This document shows positions 33,901 through 41,700 of a stretch of DNA of 64,000 nucleotides, piece after piece. The translations under genes were made by a program, and so were the position numbers. The notes under the pieces are model-generated. The model saw only the letters and a program-made list of their open reading frames with translations. It made no database searches and was not told where the DNA came from. The stretch is from a virus (Duplodnaviria > Heunggongvirae > Uroviricota > Caudoviricetes). Positions within the stretch are counted from its first letter, which is position 1. Each line of letters opens with the position of its first letter. Location of the stretch: IMG/VR virus record IMGVR_UViG_3300013232_000486; one strand, written 5' to 3'.

Positions 33901-35758
33901 GTTCGCGATCTTCGGCGGCATGCTATATTGGTCTTCATCGAACGAGCGCATCCACGCCGAGGGGTCTGAGGTGGTCGAGGACTTTGTCACCTTGTCCACC
34001 ACGACGACTCGTGGGCATAAGCATTCGTTCAGCGTTCCCGCCGGGGTCAAGTTGATGTACGACTTGAACGGATACACGACAGAAGTTGACGGTCATTCCC
34101 ACCAGGTTATCAACGGCGTTGTCCAGGCCGCTGATAGCCATTCCCATGTACTAAATGGCGTGATGTCCGGGAAGGTCTTCAGGCTTGATTCCGTAACTGG
34201 AAATGTGATCATCGTCCATGCCGACCGAGACTACAAGGTCACGACGATATCTTCGTCTTCGCTAGACGATCAAGGACTGATGTTCGTTGGCACATACCCG
34301 AATGGCAAGATTCTAAGGTACGTTCCTACAGAAGAGATATTCTCGAGGTCATTCGATACCCCAGCGGACAGCGTCAACAAACTCAAGTACCTTGAGGGCA
34401 AGACGTATGCCGTCGCGGGGAACGACTTCTTCGTCTTCAACGGGTTCAGATGGGAGTTCTTGGGATCTACTGGCGGAGCAGAAATCATAGACATACTCGC
34501 TAATCCAAGCGAGGTGTTCCTGCTCACGTCAACGTCGGTATACTCGGTAACCACAACGACCGTCACCACCACGACCACAACAACACAACAGCCAGCATGG
34601 AAGGCGTGCGCCTACGTTACCTTCAGAGACAATCTTGGCAACGAAAGCGACAGATATGACTCAGACGGGGCGTTGAAGAGTTGCTACTACGTATGCGCTA
34701 CAGACCAAGGTTTCAGCGGAGCGTCTGGGTTTAGTGGCTCCAGCGGCGGCGGTGGTGGTGGAGGCGGTGGAACTGACGGAGGCGGAACGAACGGGGCCGT
34801 ACAGATCGTCCATCGCATAACAGAAGTCAACGAAAACGCGTTGTCAGTCATGTCCATAGTCGGGCCGAAGGCGTTCTTCTCGGCCAACCTAGTCCAGAAT
34901 GAAATCGGAGTATACGAGTCCGAGATCTTCAACGGGACGACTTCGTTCGTTCAATGGGTGTCGATATCTTGGGATTCGACTGTTCCGATGGGAACCAGCC
35001 TTGACATCCAAGTCAGGAGCGCCTCGACGTTCGCGGCTGTTTCTTCGGCCACGTGGTCAGACCTCATGACGACTCCAAGCGGTGGGACGAGGCCGGAGTA
35101 CGATATCACCAATCAGCGTGGCCAGTTCATGCAGTTCAAGGCAACGCTGAAATGCACCACGGCTGGAGTGACGTCACCAGAGCTTCAGGCCGTGTTTATC
35201 AAGCTGAGGACGTCGCAAGCCGTTCACTACTACACTACCAACTTCGCCTTGCCGCAAGCGCTTAAGAGCGGCATCCTGACGTACAATGGATGCAAGTATC
35301 CTCCTACGACTGACCTCGTTTTCGGTATCAATGCGCAGGATTCAACCGACTTCTCGGACTATCAAGTAATAGAGCCGAACAAGGTCTTTGAGGCGCTCCC
35401 AGAACACCAGATGAAGAACTTGCGCGTCGGTATCAAGCTGATCTCCGACACGACAACCGTACCAGTGGTGGACGAATTCGCCTTGTTGTTCAGCCTGGCT
35501 AACGACGCGATCATAAGGCTGAACCTGCCTGGAATGCCAGTAGACGGAGGAAGCTCAATCGTCACACAAGGGCAGACAAAGAGCGTACTGACGGACGTCG
35601 CCCAAGGACATGCACATACGGTGACCTACGATGCGTACCTCGACGCCAAAGATCAGGTCAATGGCCAGACCTCGATCAACGCTGGCCACAGTCATAAGAT
35701 TGTGAGCGGCGTAATTCAACCCGCTGCTGGCCACAGCCACGACTTCACATTCGAGTAA
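24974..35758 (+). CDS. ~3594-aa giant virion protein: LamG-like sandwiches, degenerate vWA, propellers, PA14, BNR/Ycf48 repeats, Thr-rich linker, HxH motifs
   Basis: PA14 (GLNAKYF..FSARWTG..TDDGARLWING, ~28630-29045) between Pro-rich linkers; S/T-x-D-x-G-x-TW BNR repeats (~29870-30760); two GH.H clusters; ATG 24974 with AGGCGG SD. Confidence 0.8.
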   Translation: MADIYQQSDDLLAIMSEISALVNKMDVEDTVGLTDILSQLLSKTLVASQLYANVNFNIFSSLQSAKALVQDSFQGIRFYDGTRFGYLRICPSKVELLVGETLEYELDGTLPHSYRIAAKGNDVKLYVDNVLAIDGTGKFIQKTDHKLLEFGDISGRSQLNGSAWRSFRYNVEGDNVPGSDTNMVTEEVLSVPGGAFGSAASYGDALYAAFNPDDDSSSSSIYRYKEGSTPEIVPARSITKSGVNSVKIDPNKQSDIFGTSGKFIATDYGLQYVLGSKLSDLPIEADMFSPPEDEGWVVLANCEGTCHNLNGGILTIDTRNESDVVYYDYRDHPAGDWVYAADNQNGWTIETVVRIADDGTSGIPSTHDDAYFEALAATEGKDVVVAVERSSIMQPNEKRNAVQVVSYILRQLNRWDKFNVVLYGQFDNRYPNGSPVISNLCESFTSDFVLASGQNIDLAIDFLKTIDSDTDFGLYPDVRAATEKSLNMTYSSPNKFMVIVGTGFSYIGPFPPPNASYNYGTQPTDLTSLSYNVIPAAIGHSVVKDTNDQNTSSYDAKIITVGLGEFLDSPSLVLPSDIGYSTAETYQDMWSALASDSGGNTYRIKSVDDPDVVAKSIVVFMDPNSADDTSPASAFTPLQAMVAAGDGCDPKIDRAMGNEPPSDGITCPGIVINDGTYQEVVQLFQRGIRLKYAKLFASLDLSNKYYRLRIVGRKQAIAVYAKAEGEKDWERILFSPYGLYVKSQQVSDVDKPMVIIDAFGVKHAVWQETENGVWGIYYARTNPETVLCSGVANDPQSDYLKDIIANRIAFGLSAVGSFDPARLDGSIVSGTGKFLSSGVKEGDLISLYNFMRADGVRLDKPPVTYSVKSVSDDVVLVPDTSSAINSSDEETRWNTAEYVVHRGSFKFGTKVKVSTQTLDSTSPYVFAHSSGDIYVAYDNIEKGSADIYIRRATASPTSTAWKETLRLTRGSGQSHAPSLAEVSDGKFFAVWEESSSDGSRSEVFYALIEPNTFTDKVPLMVLDQSSIRARNPKVISAAIDADDQEKRDAVIFWEDDFGGQNGKIYAAKISGSDGLILYPTTALVTTDDNRSPSVSIKTDDYVWLTWRKVVGGKGQIWAAKVNFANLYISDVSLVAITVGNCSSPSISQDSNENVYICYADDRFRSGRTDIFVSTYQETPVDAATEPEPRPPASCPPPPTPPEPPDPPEPPDPPTPPVPHGLNAKYFSGVTLKTLVLERIDPVVNFWWASTMPWPARRRGAFSARWTGQVQAQYTEAYTFSTVTDDGARLWINGQLIQNHWWKHGPVEVRSKPMNLVAGQKYDIVLEFFENGRGRAATQLFWKSPSTPKQIIPTEALYAVAPVGTPVPETPPAPEPEVPAPAIPEPQAGPVPNELALPTTGQWVSSAQFGMDIRLMPRDNHDSFDVPSIVAESGLDKPRFFVVCRASNTGSDTAILGTCIDIDPGQGNPPIVAILTCEDNTASQSVTNLVHFLDSTTYNSYASVNTDLLHGTDTDHGFYDIDKGTKSFFRIKTEHVAFPRIVPFSGCVDLWFKPQWSSSDATPRHLFGNARYDSTDANSFSIAYVPNGLQFKIIDSCGFVRSTTINSSEFSWLADEPIRLRAKWIPTATGMSRINSICFKDSSNGIACGAEGAIFKTTDGGVTWAKVNTYLTYDFFSVDYLNTGMAFVSGEMGTILVSSDDGATWTVVDTGIEHDLKSIYYDLSGAKAWTVSANGEVLSSTDFVTWTVAWTAPTGLLTVTVMSDPLGRAILVGGMNGKIYKSTNGTTFSSSTVPVQSTTLSISSISKEHYSSGYTTFACGDGGLILRSDDSGDTWTQVHIKYEDLEPALYSISRVDDGFDTWFAVGSDGTMIGGVGSTGSVCSTALINGAFMTIDAQFGAAPGTKVIAGGSGSSYFISDDSGVSQTYYTISSKNLTLTINGREYNQTRVGDSTFDWDPAFRLWYVGDTAASATDSDFKLYQLTVCAEPVLNERAFLRKETWTIPAYKGMDKTIASGYMPLSVVGKRLEWGSLTSKSRSHWKYFGAYPCSSKVPQKFYCWTTQLGLAGEIVNDLATDKLGRLFVATGNGMSVMNTSEISSDIERWEMRLGMPYNSKSRLVNVTNLLYGLPEGKISSVTVDENQDVWFGTPSGLCLLPIGSISETQNDETDPLDAIIAEYQKRLTGQASGVTSQQTTTENESIRKYDKVTVITTGNGLSSDNVLAVKAIGNKVFVATDMGLCVITKAATVKTTVTTQVTSTVDSNGTAVTTGTTTEKNASTGTTTETTTKIAGTTDTTEMADTATDGTETTGPVTTDATNTKVNSSTSTGTAKQSQVDTTLNYTIKRYGIESGLPSNRIQAIGYNKNTEELWVGTDYGCARAQITDDKIVFSQLVTVANTMSVTPWLDGILLGTNFGLLYFDNSLRETQIGSDVVGLSPIVCGDVDASNVAWLGSSLGLVELNNDCGLKSGSITSNQDGLLGFETLIDFKYYRLVSSSLPGGGCEKALIFPQINGKRVTSGYKVIPQVPMIEFDTPLRSTDQVEAFVHRGFRRLPSLINTEIYPFAYLETDKLRMNLYRKRVLAGTVKVGGNRGPGSRGTPRMYTVIAQPVDPSGAPLEDNWPITAVSGPATVTFKRPVEEGQSIYCDTSELIQTVPTDAYDAQIVSFPSTDEEGNLDEYATLTVAVDSVIYVAYDSKALDIPSWLRSFDPVSTVQRVTDMEVYTAPGSVEKLYAATRGSNGCIYSVLQDESACDIMAETAMDNSGPDGCITNAVMTGTDRMRLNLTANDLISGVADMRVSAREDFKDDNGNDLPWVPFAGTYEIQVPITQSTSATVVSTITTGTYTNFYTWNGQSLATASDTGRVYKIIPGADPELLFDTGQPDITSLVSFGKYLVVGTGPNGLIYTWDGTALKPLTVPNATRITAMTPFDSLLFLGVTYVDNNGLPTAYVYTISEVDLDLGNFPTLFKSTLETDITGFAIFGGMLYWSSSNERIHAEGSEVVEDFVTLSTTTTRGHKHSFSVPAGVKLMYDLNGYTTEVDGHSHQVINGVVQAADSHSHVLNGVMSGKVFRLDSVTGNVIIVHADRDYKVTTISSSSLDDQGLMFVGTYPNGKILRYVPTEEIFSRSFDTPADSVNKLKYLEGKTYAVAGNDFFVFNGFRWEFLGSTGGAEIIDILANPSEVFLLTSTSVYSVTTTTVTTTTTTTQQPAWKACAYVTFRDNLGNESDRYDSDGALKSCYYVCATDQGFSGASGFSGSSGGGGGGGGGTDGGGTNGAVQIVHRITEVNENALSVMSIVGPKAFFSANLVQNEIGVYESEIFNGTTSFVQWVSISWDSTVPMGTSLDIQVRSASTFAAVSSATWSDLMTTPSGGTRPEYDITNQRGQFMQFKATLKCTTAGVTSPELQAVFIKLRTSQAVHYYTTNFALPQALKSGILTYNGCKYPPTTDLVFGINAQDSTDFSDYQVIEPNKVFEALPEHQMKNLRVGIKLISDTTTVPVVDEFALLFSLANDAIIRLNLPGMPVDGGSSIVTQGQTKSVLTDVAQGHAHTVTYDAYLDAKDQVNGQTSINAGHSHKIVSGVIQPAAGHSHDFTFE

Positions 35759-35761
35759 AAA

Positions 35762-38700
35762 ATGAGGCGGACCCTCCAGTACAGGTTGGCGTTCTTCCAG
35801 TACGGCGACACCTATAGCGCCTCACAAGATGCTCGAAACATGCAGACGGTTGAAAACCAACTGGATGATTTGGCCAAAATCATCGGAGACGGAGTATTGT
35901 CTGGATGGAACTTGAGTTGCATTGGATCTTCTCCAGCAAGCGTCAGAATTACTACTGGCGAAGGATTCGTTGCCGGGATCTATTCCAAGACGCTTAGCCA
36001 GAAAACCATTGTCCTTCCAAACGATGCCGAAGTAAAGGTATACATGCAGTCGAACGCGTACGATCCGCTGCTTACAGCACAAGGGTTACAGCTTGAGACG
36101 GAGGGGCCAGCCGAACCTCTTGAGATAGACCCCCTAACCAATACTTGGAAGAGCGTAACGTACGCGAACTATGATCCTCCAGCCAGTCCGACGGGCTTCA
36201 AAGGGCAATCCGCTGGGTTCAGCGTCATCCAGTTGTTCTGGAACCCGAACACAGAAATTGACCTTGATCACTACGAAATTCAGCGATCCATAGTTAGTTC
36301 CTCTGGCCCTTGGGTTGACATAGGAAGCCCAGTCACAAACGGATCGTACCCAGACCTTCCGTACAACGACACTGGATTGTCTGGATCTACCAGTTACTGG
36401 TATCAGATCAGGGCCGTTGATACTGGCGGAAATGCGTCAGCTTGGGTAGCCGTGACACAGATCGACGGAATCACGGCCCCTCCAATCATAACTCCCGTAG
36501 ACACGACCACACCAGGCAACCCTTCAAACTTGAAAGCCTACGCGGGAGATGGAGCCGTTTCCCTTGTTTTTGACCCGAGCATATCCGCGAACGTCACGGG
36601 ATACTTGTTGTCCGCACAAAAGGTTGACCTGATCGGCGTACCATTCGACCCTCCAATAACGTATGTCGAGTCTCTTTCTGAAACGTGGCATCTTTCTGGT
36701 TTAAGCAACTTTCAGCGGTACCGCATAACCGCGCAAGCGCGTAACTCTGTCGGAAACCTAAGTTCTGGGATTTCAACAGATATCACTCCATTGTCGTCTT
36801 CTGCCCCTCAAGAGATATCTGGTCTCACGTCTACGTCTCAGAGCGGAGGAGTTCAGCTTGATTGGACGGCAAGTCCATCTTCCAGCAAGGCGAAGTATCT
36901 GATCACTGTATACGATGGGGACAGCAACCGAGGATCAAAGCCCCTTGACGTGGGGCTGGTCGTGCAAAGACTGTTGACCTCTTATATCCCGCTGACGGAT
37001 GTCGGTGTTGGTTCTACAACGAAGTTTGTTGTGGACAAAAAGTATACTTTCCGAATACAGACATCGGATTCGCAAGGGAACATTTCGACGGGGATATTCG
37101 TCAAGGGAACGATCATTGATGATGTACCTCCGAAAGATCCGAACACACTGATCGGAGAGGCTGGCGATACCCAGATCGCGTCCACCTGGAATCGTAGTCC
37201 ATCCGAGGACGTGGCAGACTATCTCTTCTCGTACTCGATAAACAACAAGGTTACTTGGTCAGTCGATTTGTCAGTAGGAAACGTGACGTCATACCTACTG
37301 ACTGGCCTTACAAATGGGATTGCCGTTTACATACGTGTCAAGGCTGTAGATGACGCGGGCAACGAGTCTTCTGGGCTTATCGCTGGGCCATACACATGCG
37401 TCACTGACACGATCGCCCCAGATCCCCCAACGAACATACGTGCAATGGTTGATGACGAAAAGGTAACCTTGTCATGGGACGACAGCGTGGCGTCCGACTT
37501 CAGCTTCTTTGAGGTCATGCGGACGAGGATAGTTTCAGTCTCAAATCCTAATCCAAACAGCGAACTAAGGATAGACACGAGCTACGACGCCAACCACCCT
37601 CTTCCAGTACAAGTGATAAACGTCGGCGCGGCGACAAGCATGGTCGACTTGAAGTTGACCAATGACAAGTCTTATGCCTACAATGTCAGAGCCACAGATA
37701 CAAACGGAAACATCGGGGAATGGTCTGAGACCCATATTGGAACTCCGACCAGCGGGATAAATACCTCCTCGACGTCAATCAGACGTCTCAAGGCCCCGAC
37801 GCTGGTGGACGCCGTTTACGACACGATGACGCAGAGCATAAAGGTTTCATGGCAATATTGGTTTCCAAGCGGATCAAATGACGCGTTCAATGAAACCACG
37901 TATTCTGATGGAGTCGCTACGTACCCAAGTGACGGGCCGACCGCATTCAATATTTATAGGAGCGCCACTGGAGCATCGGTCGGATATGAGTTGGTTGCCA
38001 GCCAAAACTCTTCTTCTTGGGAGTACTATGATTCTTCTGGTCTAATTGACGGAAATGACTACTGGTACGCAGTCTCGGCAGTCAGAGAAGTTTGCGACGT
38101 GATAACCGAAACGGGATCGACACAGCCAGCCGACTCGATATTGCTCGGGATCGTGAAGGTCTCTGGAGGAGTTTGTCAGTCCATCACGTCATCAAAGAGA
38201 ATAGCCGCCAACCTTGAAGGCACGTTGATGGAAGAAACCATCAACAGGCTTCTCGTCCATAGGCATTCTGCGAGTCCGATCAATAGCGCAAGCATCGTGG
38301 CTTCCGAGCAAGTTCCTCTCATAGACGTGCTCGACATGAAAACTACTTGCTTCAAGACTGGAACAATAGGAGACGACTCGTTCACTTGTGGTACGAATCT
38401 TAGCCCAGAAACGTCCTCTTATTACGTTGGTCTCATGACTAGCGGAATATCCGTAGTAAAGAAAACCGCTACAGCCAATCAAAAAACTGGCAGTCTCATC
38501 AAAGATTCTGACGGGAACCTTGTTAGTCTGCCTGGCAAGGGAACGTATACCTACGACTATTACGTGAACAACTACAAGTTCAAGGAAATGTCTTATGGAC
38601 CAAGACAAGCATACGTAGTAGACCCCAGATCGGCAACTTGGAACATACCGTATGTCGGAGACTTCCAGGTCACCGTGAATGGGTTGGCTCCAACAGTCGC

Positions 38701-41700
38701 GTTTACCATAGACCGTACCATGAACATGGTGGTATTCTACGAGTCACTTCCTTCTGGTTCTGTGGTCGCCATGAACGGTCTTGGATACAACTTCTACGTA
38801 CCAGCAAAGATAGACTACGACAACAGGGGCGTTCGCGTACTGGTCGACGGATCTGAGTATAGGTCTGCCAAAGTGGACTATAGGGAACAAGTCATACGGT
38901 TCTCTCCGCCCATAAGCACGGCATCGACTGTGACGCTAGAGCTTGAACCTGGCGTAGCGGACTTCGGAACGCAGACTAATTCAAGACAAGTAAACTTGTC
39001 TCCGAACTCAATCACCACGGACGTGACCAACCTTGACGGAAAGGTCATACAGGCTCTTGATGGAAGCTTCCAGCTCGGAGACCTGGTTTTTCCTATAGAC
39101 TCAGACGGGAACAGGATCAGCGGATACACGGTAGATTACGACAAGCAACAGATCATCTTGGACGAAGCTGTTGACCCAGAAGCTGTATTGGGGATAGAAA
39201 TCATAAACAAGCCAGAGGTCCAAGACAACCTAAAGGCCTCAAACATTCAAGACGGGGTGGATGGAAGCGCATTCATGACGGGAAAGTTTTTGCTTCCTCA
39301 GCTTCCCAACATCTCACATGAAGGCAGGATGAACGAGCCTTGTTATCCAGAATTTGTTTCGGCCTCAACGAGAAATCACTACACGTATTCGCTTGAGCAA
39401 GGACTTGTAGGGAATGGCGTCACGGCATATTCAGTTGCGTTCGTGAACTACAAGACGCTTCTCGGTACCAGTGATGGGATCAAGAGGACAAAGTACGGAA
39501 GCATCTTCCTTGGGTCTTCAGACGAGGCGGTCATCAATCCTCAGCAACTGGCCTCCACCATAACGTTTGGAGACGACGTCGTTTCTGCGGCAACGACGGC
39601 AAGTGAGCGCGGAGGCCAGCTTGATGGACAAGTGGACATTGGATTAAAGGTCATAGATAACCCATCAATGACGTTCCTTGACGACGGGAGAATACTGATA
39701 ACTGGAGGAAAACTTGGGTCGTTATATAGCGAAAGCACCTATGTATACGACCCAACAACAAAGACCGCGACCCAAGTTTCCTCCATGTCTACGGCAAGGG
39801 TTGGACATGCCTTGGTCAGACTGTTCAACGGGCAAGTTGTCGCTATAGGGGGCCAGCAAGCCTATCTGACATGCATGGCCTCAGCGACTTTCGAGGCTCT
39901 TCCGTCATATCCGACCGATGGGATCATAGGCTTGTACCAACTGTCCTCATGCGAGTTGTACGACCCGATGTCAGACACGTGGACTTCCGTAGCAACACTT
40001 CCGTCTCCGAGATCGTTCATGGGGGCCGTGGTTCTTGATTCAGATAGGATACTCATTTCTGCTGGTTATACGTATATCAATCCGAATGGAAACGTCAGAT
40101 CGGGGTACGCGCTCCAGCCGCCTAGCTTCGACTCGTCTGGAAATCTGCTCACGCCAGAACAGTACTGCGACAAAGACATTGAGGTGGTAAACCTTTCGAC
40201 AGCCTATGTCTACTCTTACGGATCTAACACGTGGACCCAGACTGGATCACTGATTAAGAGCAGCGGGGCCATCTCCCAATGCGGGTACTACAATAACCAG
40301 ACTCCGTACACGAGTTTTGAAGCATCTAGAGAGTTATATTCTCTGTCTGATGGCACATGGGAAGACGCCAAGGTTCTAGTCCCTCCGACAGAGGTCATAA
40401 CCGGAGTAGAGGTTGCTCAACCAATCAAGCAGTTCTTCGTTGATAGCCGAGGGAAGCTATTTGCTGTCGGCCACTCAAAGGTGTACGTCTCGTACAATGA
40501 CGGCGAAACTTGGGCCGAATCGAGCGGTTTGGAGTCGATAGGATGCGTTCATAGGATAGCCGAGGCTGGCGGGATCATGTACGCGGCTACCGACCTTGGC
40601 GTCTATGTCATTCCCGCATCACTGCAAGACTTCAATAGCTGGATACAAGGCGGGCTGATCGGCGCTGGAACGACAGAAGTCTTCGACTTGCTTCCATATT
40701 CGATGCATTATCCGACTGGCGAGGGAATCCTTGCAGCCACAGAAATAGGCGTGTTCTTCTCGGTGGACGTGGCCCAGACGTGGACACAGATAACTCCGAA
40801 CACTGTTTCCGACGTGAGGAACGTGGAGTCTGTTTGGACGGAAACCCTCTTCATCACCGCGAACGATAATGAATTGTGGAGAAGCGACGACAGAGGATAT
40901 TCCTGGACCAGAATAGGCGCGTACGACTTCATTTCCGATACTTCGCGTATGCTATCGAGGGGCCTGTCTGAACTGTACATCGGAGGACCGACTGGGCTTT
41001 ACTACAGCAGCGACGGAACAACGTTTGCCCTATCGGACTTCGACTTCAATAGGAACTCACGCAAGAATGCCGTCCAGTTCCTGGAGATGCTTGGAGATGA
41101 CGTCTGTGTCGGATATGAGAAGCTTGTTTACCTGATCGGCGCAGACCTAACAATCACGAAGATATACGACGCCGTTGGGACGATACCAACCGTCAGAGTA
41201 AATGGCGCGGACGCCAGGAACGCGTATCGGTACTTCATACCTAGCGGCGAAGTCACTTTTGAGTTCAAGAGGTTTGCCAAAGACACCGTTACTGTGGCCT
41301 CAAACTATGCTGTATTCATGCCAGAGGAAGGCCCTTGGTATTCTCAGAATGCCGATGCTCCAATCCGCGTCTTTGTGGATGGAGCCGAGACTTCGACTGG
41401 AAACTTCCTCTGGGACGCGTGGCAAGGAAAGGTCTCCTTCCCGAGCGCTCTAGATAAGTTCCAAGTCGTAACCGTGTCGCTGGCAAATATTTACCTAAAT
41501 AGGGCTGGGTCATACTTCCACACAGAACTAGAAAACAAGATGGAACAGGAAAAGGGGCTTCCCCTTTCCCTCGGAAGGGACTTCGCCTGTAACGTCTTGC
41601 AACTTGGCTTGGCCATGGAGCATAACTTCCTTGAGCGCGGCCTAGACAGGAATCAGTACTATTGCTTGTCTACGACGATGGTGGATAGGTCGTTCAATTC

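Noticed and set aside
35756-35764. In-frame TAA AAA ATG (and TAG ATG at 54624-54629) as readthrough fusions
   Set aside because: In-frame neighbours occur one time in three by chance; both upstream proteins end plausibly and no readthrough context is evident.
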